From: Blastocatellia bacterium
GTDB taxonomy: Bacteria; Acidobacteriota; Blastocatellia; RBC074
NCBI GenBank assembly: GCA_043783625.1
Contig: JAYVZE010000179.1
Span: forward strand, 527 to 64,526
Direction: 5' to 3'
Length of the DNA: 64,000 bases
The notes beneath the pieces were generated by a model. That model saw only the letters and a list, made by a program, of their open reading frames with translations, ran no database searches and was not told the origin of the DNA. Shown here piece after piece: positions 1 through 10,420 of the stretch. Numbering within the stretch: position 1 is the stretch's first letter; the number at the start of each line of letters is the position of its first letter. Both the position numbers and the translations under genes were made by a program.

Positions 1-486
1 AACCAGTTAAGAAATAAACTTTCCAGTGCTCAATCAAGCTCTCCAGAACAGAAAAGGGAAGCACTTGATAAGATTGCCAAGCTTTCTAAGGCTCTTAGTG
101 AGTTACGGGAATCTGCCCAATCGTCGCAATCAGAGGTGGATGAAGCTGTCACTAACGGAAAAGAAAAAGAATTTAAGGTTTCAGCACCAAAACTGATTAA
201 TGAAAAAGGCGAAGTAGATCATCAGGCGGTTAACGAGCAATCAATTAAATACCAACAAGAAGTTATTGATGCACAATTCAGAATACAGTTAATGCAGTTA
301 CAACTAAGTAAGCTACATAATCAAGGCAATCAAAATGCAGACCGATATAAGTTGAATCAAATTAACACTGAGCGTGAACAAATAAATCAAGAGATCGAAA
401 AAATGAATAGTAAGATTTCAGAAGCTTCGGCGAAACTCGAAGGGCTGAAATCAAAAGATGCATTAGGTAAACCTCCCTTAAGATAA
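1..486 (+). CDS. Coiled-coil protein, C-terminal part (reading frame is open from window position 1; 5' end lies outside the window)
   Basis: Frame 1 is open from nt 1 to the stop at 484-486. Q/E/K/S-rich heptad-like sequence. Low-GC codon usage unlike the core genes downstream. Confidence 0.5.
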   Translation, partial: NQLRNKLSSAQSSSPEQKREALDKIAKLSKALSELRESAQSSQSEVDEAVTNGKEKEFKVSAPKLINEKGEVDHQAVNEQSIKYQQEVIDAQFRIQLMQLQLSKLHNQGNQNADRYKLNQINTEREQINQEIEKMNSKISEASAKLEGLKSKDALGKPPLR

Positions 487-545
487 AATCATAACAAAGA
501 CTCTATCTTTCTACGCAACCAGCCCTATACTAGCTATGAAAATTC

Positions 546-2297
546 ATGTCAGAAAATATAGATGTTATTAATGTATGTAATAGTCCTGGATTGAACACTA
601 CAGCTATTAATAGTTTTCACTGGACTAGGATTCAGTTAGTATTTGCAGCGGTTTCTGTCATTTTAATCAATTCAATATATTTTTTCCGGCTTGATCAGGT
701 TGTCGGGCAATTCGGGGATGATGCCTGGTATATTGTCCTAGCCAGGTCAATTGCAGAGCAGGGAACCTATCAACTAATTAGTTCACCTATTCAAGGAATT
801 CAGCCTGTTTACCCGCCACTCTTCCCACTTTTGTTGGCAGGGATTCTACGAGTATTCTCACTCAAAACCGAAGAGTTCTGGTTGCTGAAAGGACTGTCAA
901 TTATTGCCATGAACTTGGTTGGACTGGGTACTTTTATATATTACCGGAAAGTTAAAGATTATCCATTGCATATTAGCTGGCTTTTGTCATTGATGATTAC
1001 GATTATGCCAGCGTTTGTTTTTCTTGCTACTTCAACAGTAATGTCGGAATGTGTATTTACTTTTTTTCAGATTTGGGCTGTCGTCTATTCAGAAAAAGCA
1101 CTCAGAAATAAAACTCTCCGACTCACTACTATTTTAGCGATGATTGGCTTATGTAGTGCTGCTTTCTTTACCAGGTCACTAGGGATTACATTAATAGTAG
1201 CAGTGATCATACAGCTCTGGCGAGTAGTAAACTGGCGTTATGCCATGTTATTTGGGATAGGGTTCGGGATAATACTTACTTCCTGGGTACTCTACTGCCA
1301 ACAGGTTTATCCAAACAATGATTTAAAGAATAATCATGGCGGTAGCATTGTTACTACTTACTTAGAAAATTTATCCTATAGGACTGCTGGTCGAAGTGTT
1401 ACAGGACGAGCAACGGCAAACGATTATCTATTACGTGTTAGCAATAATTTTCAGACGATAGCGGGAAGAGACATCCTTGGAATTCTGATCCCTGCGACTT
1501 TACATGACGAGACACGAAGTGGCGAAGAAGTATTCGGATTAGGTGGAACCGTTGATAAGCCAATCCCGTTTGCAACGCAGGCGGTTGTGATTTCAGTAAT
1601 ACTTTCTTTCTTCCTTCTGATTGGATTTGTTAGACAATGTATTCATCAAATAACAATCTCAGAAATCGTGGTCGTTTTGACCATTATTTGTGTGATAACC
1701 TGGCCTTGGGCTACGTTTCGATTTATTTTACCAATCGCACCATTTATGCTTTCGTACTGGGTGCAAGGCATTAGAGAAGTTGTTATATGGGTAAACAAAA
1801 AAATTAATCAAGACTACGATAGTTATGCATTAGTGAGAATATCATTGATATGTTTCACTGTCTTTTTTCTACTTGAGCATATTCGTTATGTAAGGCTTCT
1901 ACAAACCGATCAGAAGTCTTTAGTATGGGTAAATGCAAATAAATATGCGGATGAAACTTGTTCCTGGATGAGTAAAAATTTACCAGAGGGGAGCGTTGTA
2001 GCTTCAACAAATCCAGCAAAAATATTTCTCTCAACTGGTCATTTAGCGGTAGCTGGTGATCTGTCTATACAATCATGGAGTTATTGGAAAGAATCGGATG
2101 TCAGGTATATGGCGATCCTGGCTCCTAATTCTAAGGGAATGCTTGATCGAACTCCTGAAAAGTATAAAACTGTCTATGATACCGGGACAGTACCAAGCCT
2201 TCGCGTTATTGATCTCGGTGAGCCGAAAACCAGAGACTCATGGGAAGAATATGAAAAATCATTAGTTGAGTATTATCTAAAGCAGTCGAGAAATTAA
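546..2297 (+). CDS. GT-C fold membrane glycosyltransferase (ArnT/PMT-like), paralog 1
   Basis: 583 aa, polytopic membrane protein. First-loop motif GQFGDDAWYIVLARSIAEQGTY is typical of the acidic DD loop in GT-C (GT39/GT83-like) enzymes. About 55% identical to the next ORF. Confidence 0.55.
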   Translation: MSENIDVINVCNSPGLNTTAINSFHWTRIQLVFAAVSVILINSIYFFRLDQVVGQFGDDAWYIVLARSIAEQGTYQLISSPIQGIQPVYPPLFPLLLAGILRVFSLKTEEFWLLKGLSIIAMNLVGLGTFIYYRKVKDYPLHISWLLSLMITIMPAFVFLATSTVMSECVFTFFQIWAVVYSEKALRNKTLRLTTILAMIGLCSAAFFTRSLGITLIVAVIIQLWRVVNWRYAMLFGIGFGIILTSWVLYCQQVYPNNDLKNNHGGSIVTTYLENLSYRTAGRSVTGRATANDYLLRVSNNFQTIAGRDILGILIPATLHDETRSGEEVFGLGGTVDKPIPFATQAVVISVILSFFLLIGFVRQCIHQITISEIVVVLTIICVITWPWATFRFILPIAPFMLSYWVQGIREVVIWVNKKINQDYDSYALVRISLICFTVFFLLEHIRYVRLLQTDQKSLVWVNANKYADETCSWMSKNLPEGSVVASTNPAKIFLSTGHLAVAGDLSIQSWSYWKESDVRYMAILAPNSKGMLDRTPEKYKTVYDTGTVPSLRVIDLGEPKTRDSWEEYEKSLVEYYLKQSRN

Positions 2298-2402
2298 GTA
2301 AATTTATTATTACCGATTTAATCGGTAGATTACTTTTCTTTACTAAGCCTTACTTTTTTCTCTAAATATTTCAACGCCCCCAGCCCTGAAATAAAATAAG
2401 AC

Positions 2403-4163
2403 ATGCCAGACAATATAGCTGCCATAGAGCATCATGAACATCCGTTAGCTACAAAATATAGGAATAGCTTAACTCACTGGATTAAGTCATTCCCGGTTTT
2501 GGGCATCGTTACCGCTATCGTTGTTAATCTAATTTATTTCTTTCGCATTAATCATATAATTGGACAGTTTAATGACGATGCCTTTTATATTGTGTTAGCA
2601 AAATCAATTGCAGAATATGGTACTTATCAACTAATCTCCTCTCCGATTCAGGGTATTCAGCCAGTCTATCCGCCTGGATTTCCTTTCATGCTGGCAGTCA
2701 TCTTACGAATAGTTTCTCTCAACCCAGATGAACTTTGGATGCTCAAGGGAGTGTCTATTGTGGCAATGAACTTTTTGGGGATAGGAATGTTCCGCTACTG
2801 TCGAAAGGTTAAAGAATATCCGTTGTTAATTAGTTGGCTGGCGTCAGTAATGGTTTCAATAGTTCCGGCCTTCGTTTTCATCGCTACTTCGTATGTATTA
2901 TCTGAATGTGTCTTTGCGTGTGTGCAGTTATGGGCGGTGATTTATCTGGAGAAATCAATCCTAAAAAATAAAGTAAGATTTTCTACGATTGGAGGTTTAT
3001 TATTATTAGCGGCTGCTACTTATTTTACTCGTACATTAGGAATAGCATTGGTTATTGGTATTGTCTTTCAGCTCTGGCGTTTTGCTCCAAAAAAATATGC
3101 CCTGACATTTATTATCGGGATGGGTTTAATGATTGGAGCCTGGGCAGTTTATACTAAGAATTTATACCCGAATCAGGCTCTGCGAGCCAATCATGGTGGG
3201 CACATTGTCGTCGAATATAAAGGACAATTAATTTATAAAGTTGCTGGTGACAATTTGTCGGGATTGGCTACCGCCTCAGACTATTTTTATCGTGTAGCAG
3301 GAAATACCGGCAGTATTATTGGACGAGACATGCTCGGATTATTTATTCCCGCAACTCTCCGTGATGAGACGCGGAGTGGTGAAGAGGTCTTCGGGTTAGG
3401 TGGGGTAGAATCATTGGCAAAAACTATCCCTTTTGCCTGGCAGGCAACAGCTATCTCGTGGATATTTTCTCTAATTATTCTCATCGGATTTATTGCTCAA
3501 TGCCGAATGCGTCTGACAAGTGTTGAGGTATTAGTTCCGATTACTCTTCTACTGATTGTAATTTGGCCCTGGCTGACCTTTCGATTTGTGCTTCCGTTAG
3601 TACCATTTTTGATCGCATATTTTATTGACGGTACGAGGGTGATGTCACAGAGGCTTACTGAAAGATTCAAAAGAGATTTCGATAATTTTGCGATAGCGCG
3701 AATTGCCCTCTTTTGTTTTGCTTTCTTTTTTGCTTTTGAGCATGTGCGTTATATTAGTATTTTTCAGACGAAACCATCAGCTATCCCGAATGTGAATTTT
3801 GGACTTCATCTGGATGAAACTTGTCGTTGGATACAAAACAACCTACCCGCTGACGCGATTGTCGCCTCGACGAATCCTGCCAAAGTATATTTGATGACCA
3901 ACCGCTTAGCCGTTTCAGGTGAATTGACAGAGCAAGCGTGGGATTATTGGCGTCAGAAGGGGATACGGCACATGGCAGTCTTGAGAGCGATTAAAGATGG
4001 ACCATTAGAAACGAATGAAGGTAAATACAAGACGATCTTTGCCACTGCTACGACACCGAGCTTACATGTGATTGATCTTGGGGATTCGGCGACAAGAGCA
4101 TCCTGGAAAGATTTCAAGGCTTGGTGTGATGAATTTGAGCGAGTACAGTCCGGGCGCAATTGA
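2403..4163 (+). CDS. GT-C fold membrane glycosyltransferase (ArnT/PMT-like), paralog 2
   Basis: 586 aa, collinear with 546..2297 (GQFNDDAFYIVLAKSIAEYGTYQLISSPIQGIQPVYPP, RDETRSGEEVFGLGG). This is a tandem duplication. Confidence 0.55.
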   Translation: MPDNIAAIEHHEHPLATKYRNSLTHWIKSFPVLGIVTAIVVNLIYFFRINHIIGQFNDDAFYIVLAKSIAEYGTYQLISSPIQGIQPVYPPGFPFMLAVILRIVSLNPDELWMLKGVSIVAMNFLGIGMFRYCRKVKEYPLLISWLASVMVSIVPAFVFIATSYVLSECVFACVQLWAVIYLEKSILKNKVRFSTIGGLLLLAAATYFTRTLGIALVIGIVFQLWRFAPKKYALTFIIGMGLMIGAWAVYTKNLYPNQALRANHGGHIVVEYKGQLIYKVAGDNLSGLATASDYFYRVAGNTGSIIGRDMLGLFIPATLRDETRSGEEVFGLGGVESLAKTIPFAWQATAISWIFSLIILIGFIAQCRMRLTSVEVLVPITLLLIVIWPWLTFRFVLPLVPFLIAYFIDGTRVMSQRLTERFKRDFDNFAIARIALFCFAFFFAFEHVRYISIFQTKPSAIPNVNFGLHLDETCRWIQNNLPADAIVASTNPAKVYLMTNRLAVSGELTEQAWDYWRQKGIRHMAVLRAIKDGPLETNEGKYKTIFATATTPSLHVIDLGDSATRASWKDFKAWCDEFERVQSGRN

Positions 4164-4640
4164 GCGGATTTTCAGTTTTGACTGTTTCTGCGTTTACGAA
4201 CATGACATTAATCATGGCAACAAAACTCCGAAACTGGTTGTCATCAAATGACTTATTCGAGTTGGGAAATTGAAATGTCAACAGGAACTGGTAATTGGCT
4301 CAGCTTTATAGGTGTTATAGTCGTCGAGCCATCAAACTCGGCGTCACTTGTAAAATGCTGAAACACGGTTAAGCATAACGAATCACTGATCTTATAGCTT
4401 GACAAGGCACACCAGAACAATTACATTCGATTTTTCTTATCTTGATGTAGGATGTAATTAGCTGATGCTGCGCAAAGTACACGTTTTACCTGCCTCTCTG
4501 TCGGTTCGAGCCTCCATTGTTGCTCTGCTTACTGACTTTCCATTTTATCTTTAGGATTCGGGGCTAATTGACTGGCAATTTAGACGCCTTCGGGGGTAAG
4601 ATACGTGTTGCGATTTGGAGTCGCTGCTTTGTATTAACAA

Positions 4641-5510
4641 ATGGAAATTGTTTTAGCCGAAAGTCTGGGGTTTTGTATGGGCGTCAAGCGCGCCGTCGAC
4701 CTCGCTTATCGTGCGCTTGAAAAATCCAATGGATTACCTGTTGTCACGCTCGGTCCGATTATTCATAATGCGCAGGAAATTGAGCGGCTTGAATCCGATG
4801 GAATTCGGTTGGCAAGTGAAGATACTCATCCCAGCGAAGGCATCGCAATTATTCGGGCGCACGGAGCCGCTCCACAGGTTTATGAAAAGCTGAAAGCCAG
4901 TGGAATGCGAATTATGGATGGTACCTGCCCGTACGTTCATTATTCGCAGCGCAAGGCTATTGAGTTATTTGAAGCAGGCTACGAGGTGGTGATTGTGGGT
5001 GATCGTCAGCATCCTGAAATCCTTGGAATTCTCGGCTATATTAACGATCAGGCTCACGTCGTGAAAACGATTGAAGAAGCCCAGGAATTGCCCTTAATGG
5101 AACGTGCCGGGGTGCTGGCGCAGACGACGATTAGTCCACAGAAATATCAGGCAATCATTGATGTTATTCGGAAAAAAGCCCAAGAGGTGAAGCTTGCAGA
5201 GACCATCTGTGACGCGACCGAAGAAAATCAATCTGCCATTCGTCGGCTGGCGGCGGAAGTTGATTATATTTACGTTATCGGCGGCAAGCATAGTGCCAAC
5301 AGTAATAAACTGGTGGAGGCCGCTAAAAATTTATGTCCACAAGCGACTTTAATTGAAACCGAGAATGAGATCAATCCTGCTGACTTACGCGGAGTCAAGC
5401 GTGTTGGCGTTAGTGCCGGAGCTTCGACGCCCGATTGGATGATTCAACGAGTTGTCAGGCGGCTACAATCTCTCGAAACGGAATTAGAGTCGGAGTTAGC
5501 GTTAGGCTAG
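4641..5510 (+). CDS. ispH: 4-hydroxy-3-methylbut-2-enyl diphosphate reductase IspH/LytB
   Basis: 289 aa with N-terminal MEIVLAESLGFCMGVKRAV. Conserved Cys ligands and overall LytB collinearity. Confidence 0.85.
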   Translation: MEIVLAESLGFCMGVKRAVDLAYRALEKSNGLPVVTLGPIIHNAQEIERLESDGIRLASEDTHPSEGIAIIRAHGAAPQVYEKLKASGMRIMDGTCPYVHYSQRKAIELFEAGYEVVIVGDRQHPEILGILGYINDQAHVVKTIEEAQELPLMERAGVLAQTTISPQKYQAIIDVIRKKAQEVKLAETICDATEENQSAIRRLAAEVDYIYVIGGKHSANSNKLVEAAKNLCPQATLIETENEINPADLRGVKRVGVSAGASTPDWMIQRVVRRLQSLETELESELALG

Positions 5511-5569
5511 ATGGTTATTTATTCACGAGATAAATCCGCTCAGGCTAATTATTAAACTCGACGAAAAGT

Positions 5570-7441
5570 TTGTTTGCAAATTTGCGATTTGAGGCAGGCG
5601 CCTCAAATCTTTTTGGAGGAATCCTTTTTTCAATGTCAACCGAAACCAATAACCAATTAGCTTCCAGCGGTGCAGCGGAAGCTTTAGAACCAACCCAAAC
5701 TGTTACGCCCGATGCTCCAGATGCCGATGATTATGGCGATGTAGATTTTGGCGCAATACTCGACCAACACGAAAAACAAAGCCAACTGGAAGTCAGTGAA
5801 GGTGAAGTCGTCAAGGGAACCGTCGTGAAAATTACCGGTCAGGACGTCATCATTAATGTCGGCTTCAAATCAGAAGGCATTGTTCGCATCAGCGAATTTA
5901 AAGACGGCGATGAAGTTTCCATCAAAGTCGGCGACGAAGTTGATGTGCTGGTCAAGCAACTGGAAAACCATGACGGCTATGTCGAGCTTTCGCGTGCGGA
6001 TGCTGTGCGGATGCAAACGTGGGATTTGATCGAAAACGCTCATCGAGACAATGTCACGATCATTGGTCGCGTCACGGATCGAATCAAAGGCGGCTTGCGT
6101 GTGGACATCGGTGGTATTCAGGCGTTTCTGCCTGGCAGCCAGGTAGATGTTCGTCCCGTTCGTAATCTGGATATTTATCGCAACAAGGATATGGAATTCC
6201 TTGTCTTGAAGGTCAATAAAAAGCGCAGCAATATTGTACTTTCGCGCAAAGCCTTGCTGGATGCTCAAATCGCCGGTAAGAAAGACGAAACTCTCAAACA
6301 TCTTGAAGAGGGAATTATCGTCGAAGGCGAAGTTAAAAATATTACTGAATACGGTATCTTTATTGACCTTGGTGGTCTGGATGGACTGCTGCATATCACG
6401 GATATGTCGTGGGGACGGATTCAGAATCCTTCGGAGCTGTTCAAGGTCGGCGATAAGATTCAGGTCAAGATTCTCAAGTTTGATCGTGACCGTGAGCGCG
6501 TCAGTTTAGGCTACAAACAACTGATCCCTGATCCGTGGGCCACTGTCACCGAACGCTACGCCATTGGCACGCGCGTTTCCGGTAAAGTCGTTTCGCTCAC
6601 CGATTATGGTGCTTTTGTTGAGCTTGAAAACGGTGTCGAAGGACTCGTTCATGTTTCTGAAATGAGCTGGTCGAAGCGTGTCAAGCATCCTTCCAAGATG
6701 CTCAATACCGGGCAAGACATCGAAGCTGTTGTTCTTGAAATTGATACCAATAATCGTCGTATCAGCCTCGGTATCAAACAGATTGAAATCAATCCGTGGG
6801 ATACGTTGCAGGAACGTTATGCGGTCGGAACTCGTGTCACTGGCAAGGTTCGTAACCTAACTGATTTCGGAGCTTTCGTCGAAATTGAAGAGGGCATTGA
6901 TGGATTAGTCCATGTCTCGGATATTTCGTGGACGAAGCGCATCAAGCATCCTTCCGAAGCTCTCAAGAAAAATCAGGAAGTCGAAGCGATCATCACGGCT
7001 ATTGATACTGAAAGCCGTCGTTTGTCGCTCTCAATCAAAGACCTTGAGCCGAATTCCTGGGATCGTTTCTTTGAAGAGAAGAAGCTGGGTGATGTTGTCT
7101 CCGGTAAGATTTCACGCTTTGCTAACTTCGGTGCGTTCGTTGAATTAGACGACGGTATCGAAGGGCTCTGTCACGTCTCTGAACTTTCAGAAAATCATGT
7201 TGAGAAGCCTGAAGATGCAGTCCAGGTTGGACAGAGTCTGCAATTCAAGATTCTCAAAATGGATCCTGAAGCCAAGAAAATCGGTCTTTCCGTTCGTGCA
7301 GTTGGAAAAGATGAACCCATTATTGACGTTCGCAGCTACACCACGAGTGACAGCGGAATGGCAAGTCTGGGTGACCTTTTTGACTTCAACCGTCCGGCTG
7401 AGGCTGAAGCGTCTGAAGATGGCGGCGAAACGAAAGAGTAG
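5570..7441 (+). CDS. rpsA: 30S ribosomal protein S1 (multiple S1 domains); true start is probably the ATG at 5633, preceded by GGAGG
   Basis: Repeated S1 domain signatures (GxV.G.V..I..fGaFV.l..g..GL.HvSe). GGAGGA lies at 5615-5620, upstream of the ATG at 5633. Confidence 0.9.
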   Translation: MFANLRFEAGASNLFGGILFSMSTETNNQLASSGAAEALEPTQTVTPDAPDADDYGDVDFGAILDQHEKQSQLEVSEGEVVKGTVVKITGQDVIINVGFKSEGIVRISEFKDGDEVSIKVGDEVDVLVKQLENHDGYVELSRADAVRMQTWDLIENAHRDNVTIIGRVTDRIKGGLRVDIGGIQAFLPGSQVDVRPVRNLDIYRNKDMEFLVLKVNKKRSNIVLSRKALLDAQIAGKKDETLKHLEEGIIVEGEVKNITEYGIFIDLGGLDGLLHITDMSWGRIQNPSELFKVGDKIQVKILKFDRDRERVSLGYKQLIPDPWATVTERYAIGTRVSGKVVSLTDYGAFVELENGVEGLVHVSEMSWSKRVKHPSKMLNTGQDIEAVVLEIDTNNRRISLGIKQIEINPWDTLQERYAVGTRVTGKVRNLTDFGAFVEIEEGIDGLVHVSDISWTKRIKHPSEALKKNQEVEAIITAIDTESRRLSLSIKDLEPNSWDRFFEEKKLGDVVSGKISRFANFGAFVELDDGIEGLCHVSELSENHVEKPEDAVQVGQSLQFKILKMDPEAKKIGLSVRAVGKDEPIIDVRSYTTSDSGMASLGDLFDFNRPAEAEASEDGGETKE

Positions 7442-7468
7442 TTTCTTTATCACGGGCTGATAGTTTGA

Positions 7469-8458
7469 GTGCAAATTTCAAGCTATCAGCCTCTTCACTT
7501 TTCAGCGATGACTAGAAAAAAATTGAGCTGGATTATCATTTTTGGTGTGCTTGCGCTTGGAGCTTTTAGCTTCCTGCTCGTACTTGGAGCGTTGACGCTT
7601 TCTGACGGTGGCGGCTTTGGGTTTGGCGGCGATAAAATCGCGGTGATTCCAGTTGAAGGTGTCATCGGGTCTGAAATGGCAAAAACTGTCAGCCGTCACC
7701 TTCGTCAATATGGGGACGATCCTCGGGTCAAAGCGATCATCTTGAAAGTTGATAGCCCTGGTGGGGGGGTTACTGCTTCGGAAGAAATCTACCGCGAAGT
7801 CAAACGTGTCAAAGACGAAAAGAAAAAGAAAATTGTCGTCTCAATGGGAACTGTTGCAGCTTCAGGGGGCTATTATATTTCTGCTCCAGCCGAGCGGATT
7901 TTTGCCAATTCCAGCACTGTCACAGGTAGTATCGGAGTCATTGCAGAATGGATGAATTTAAAAGACTTGGCGGAGTGGGCTAAAGTTAAATCAATCGTCT
8001 TTAAGAGTGGTGAATTTAAAGATACTGGAAATCTGACGCGAGAAATGACTGAGCGTGAAAGACAATATTTCCAGGGTGTGATTAATGAGCTTTACAATCA
8101 GTTTGTCCGGGTAGTGTTGGAAGGTCGCAACGGGCGTGGCGCAGAAGGGCTAAAACTTGACGAAGCCAAGTTACGTGCCTTAGCTGATGGTCGTATTTAC
8201 ACGGGAGCATCTGCTGTTGAGAATGGATTGGTAGATCAGGTTGGTGATTATCGTGATGCCTTGAAGTATACGGCTGGATTGATTGGGATGAAGGGCGAGC
8301 CGACTATTGTAACTCCACCAGAACCGCACGAAGGTTTTTCTTTACTTGATCTGGTAGGATTGTCAAAAGTTGGAAAACTCTTATCAAAACCAGAAGAATG
8401 GGCGGGGAAGGTTGGCGAGATAGATACTTCAATCAAATTTAAATACCAGTGGCAGTAA
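7469..8458 (+). CDS. sppA: Signal peptide peptidase SppA (S49 family, 36K type); alternative start at 7502
   Basis: N-terminal TM segment. S49 motif MGTVAASGGYYISAPA with catalytic Ser. Expected length for the short SppA type. Confidence 0.8.
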   Translation: MQISSYQPLHFSAMTRKKLSWIIIFGVLALGAFSFLLVLGALTLSDGGGFGFGGDKIAVIPVEGVIGSEMAKTVSRHLRQYGDDPRVKAIILKVDSPGGGVTASEEIYREVKRVKDEKKKKIVVSMGTVAASGGYYISAPAERIFANSSTVTGSIGVIAEWMNLKDLAEWAKVKSIVFKSGEFKDTGNLTREMTERERQYFQGVINELYNQFVRVVLEGRNGRGAEGLKLDEAKLRALADGRIYTGASAVENGLVDQVGDYRDALKYTAGLIGMKGEPTIVTPPEPHEGFSLLDLVGLSKVGKLLSKPEEWAGKVGEIDTSIKFKYQWQ

Positions 8459-8492
8459 TAAATATTTTGCGAAAAAGATAGAGGTAAAAGCG

Positions 8493-8777
8493 ATGACGAA
8501 AGCTGAATTAGTAGAAGAGGTGGCACGAGCCGCTGAGCTAACCAAAAAAGATTCTGAAGTAATTGTAGATGAAGTTTTTAAGAATATTATCCAATCGCTT
8601 AATCGTGGCGAAAAAATAGAACTGCGTGGCTTTGGCTCTTTCCGGGTTCGTCAGCGTGGTGCTCGTCGTGGGCGTAATCCGAAAACAGGTGAACCCGTAG
8701 ATATTCCAGCCAAAAGTGTTCCCTATTTTAAGCCGGGCAAAGAATTGAAAGAATTAATTAATGCTGATGAGGAATAG
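8493..8777 (+). CDS. HU/IHF family DNA-binding protein (IHF beta-like)
   Basis: 94 aa. GFGSFRVRQRGARRGRNPKTGEPVDIPAKSVPYFKPGKELKE matches the IHF/HU beta-arm signature. Confidence 0.8.
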   Translation: MTKAELVEEVARAAELTKKDSEVIVDEVFKNIIQSLNRGEKIELRGFGSFRVRQRGARRGRNPKTGEPVDIPAKSVPYFKPGKELKELINADEE

Positions 8778-8797
8778 TATTTTCGCTGAGTAAGAAA

Positions 8798-9280
8798 ATG
8801 GATTTTCTCTGGAGTCCCTGGCGCAGCCATTATGTTGCTTCTACGAAGAAGCCATCGGGCTGCGTTTTTTGTCATATCGCCCAAAGCTCACCCGAATCTG
8901 ATCCAGCCTCATTTGTGCTTTGGCGTGGTCGCTTCAACTTTATTATCCTCAATCTTTTCCCTTACACGACGGCTCATTTGATGATTGTTCCGTTTGAGCA
9001 TATTGCTGATTTATCAAGTTTGGAGAAATCAGCTTCCGATGAAATGATGGATTTAGCGAAGCGAGTCCAGCGTGCAATGATGGAAGAATATCACCCTAAT
9101 GGGTTTAACTTAGGGATGAACCAGGGGAGTGCAGCGGGGGCTGGAATCGCTGGACACCTTCATTTACATCTTTTGCCGCGCTGGAATGGGGATGCTAATT
9201 TTATGACGACTATCGGAGAAACGCGAGTTCTTCCTGAAAGTCTTGAAGATACTTTCCGTAAATTAGCCAAGCATTTTTAA
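8798..9280 (+). CDS. HIT family protein (histidine triad nucleotide-binding/hydrolase)
   Basis: HLHLHLLPR histidine-triad motif near the C-terminus. 160 aa. Confidence 0.7.
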   Translation: MDFLWSPWRSHYVASTKKPSGCVFCHIAQSSPESDPASFVLWRGRFNFIILNLFPYTTAHLMIVPFEHIADLSSLEKSASDEMMDLAKRVQRAMMEEYHPNGFNLGMNQGSAAGAGIAGHLHLHLLPRWNGDANFMTTIGETRVLPESLEDTFRKLAKHF

Positions 9281-9290
9281 TCGAAAATAA

Positions 9291-9343
9291 AAAAACGCAG
9301 AAGCCAAAAAGTAAACCTTTTGGCTTCTGCGTTTTTTTATTTT
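9291..9343. terminator. Bidirectional intrinsic terminator between the convergent HIT and PEP-CTERM genes
   Basis: A-run, then ACGCAGAAGCCAAAAAG, a loop, then CTTTTGGCTTCTGCGT, then T-run. This is a perfect 16-bp stem. Confidence 0.75.
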
Positions 9344-9367
9344 CGGCCCCTGACAAGGAACGTAGAA

Positions 9368-10069
9368 TTATGATTTTTTTCTACGTGCTCTAGCTGCGAT
9401 ACCAGCCAGACCCGTTCCGATCAGGATTAATGTTGCTGGTTCGGGAACAGAAGCAGGTGTGCCTTTAAAGATAGAACCAGTTAGGGTTGTAACTTGCAGA
9501 CCAGAAGGTGTTGGCGCAAATGGAGTATTGGCAACCACAAAATCAATGGTATTTTCGCCAAACTTAAATCCAGTTTTAATCAAAAAAGAACTTAAGGCCG
9601 CTGGTACATATCCAGAACCACCACTTGTTGGCAGGTCAATTCCTGTGTCAACACCATTGATGAAAATCCTGACACGATCATCTGCAAAGACAGTACCGTT
9701 GATCGTCGCAGTGGATAGATCATATCCTTGTGTCGGGTCAATTGTAAAAGTCGTCCGATAGGTGTAAGTACCCATGGGAACGTCAAGCAATCCACCAGGA
9801 CCTGGCACGATCCATTTTGATCCGGAAGTGTTAGCTGCCCAACCTGATCCAGGTGACGCATTATCATTGCCAAGCACATAGGCACTCTGTGTACCTGTTC
9901 CAACTACCAGCTTGTAGTGGCTGTCAACCGTACCACCAGCATTATTTGTGCCAGCATCATTAACACCAGTTGTGAAAAGTTTAATTGGGTCTGCTTTCAC
10001 TGTATGAAAAGCAGCCATGCCAAGAAAGACTAAAGTGAGAAGTGATAGTCTCTTGAACGTGAGGATCAT
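9368..10069 (-). CDS. PEP-CTERM sorting-domain secreted protein
   Basis: N-terminal signal peptide. C-terminal VPEPATLILIGTGLAGIAARARRKKS, that is PEP followed by a TM helix and a basic tail. Confidence 0.8.
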   Translation of the reverse strand: MILTFKRLSLLTLVFLGMAAFHTVKADPIKLFTTGVNDAGTNNAGGTVDSHYKLVVGTGTQSAYVLGNDNASPGSGWAANTSGSKWIVPGPGGLLDVPMGTYTYRTTFTIDPTQGYDLSTATINGTVFADDRVRIFINGVDTGIDLPTSGGSGYVPAALSSFLIKTGFKFGENTIDFVVANTPFAPTPSGLQVTTLTGSIFKGTPASVPEPATLILIGTGLAGIAARARRKKS

Positions 10070-10420
10070 AATTACTCCTTTTAGGGGGCAGCAAGGTATA
10101 CCTTACAAACAACCCATTCAAAATCCTGCGGTGAATAAACTCCGGCAGGAATATTCGCCATTGGTTGAATCCTTAGTCTGACATTACTGATAGGTACAAC
10201 TCAGCGAAATCAGAAGAAAGGAAGGTGAGTTCAAAAAAGCTGTCCGTGTAAAGGCGATAACTTACCTTAATAGGGCAGAATCAATTCAAGTTAATTATAT
10301 TTTACTAAGGCCGGTAACCGCATCTTGCACAGACATCATCAGTTTACAACAGAAATATCATAAATTTCAATGGGAAACTGTCAGAAAAATCTTTAATGAA
10401 GGTAAGTTAGGTTTAGCATT

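Noticed and set aside
4470-4530. Possible tRNA 3' fragment (GTCGGTTCGAGCCTCC) marking the island boundary near ispH
   Set aside because: The T-stem does not pair and there is no acceptor complement. Insufficient evidence for an att remnant.
5870-6394. 174-aa minus-strand ORF and other 60-120-aa ORFs overlapping rpsA, the symporter (29085-30169), rtcB, rsr and others
   Set aside because: Antisense or embedded within strongly supported genes. No motifs. Typical frame-shadow ORFs in GC-moderate coding DNA.
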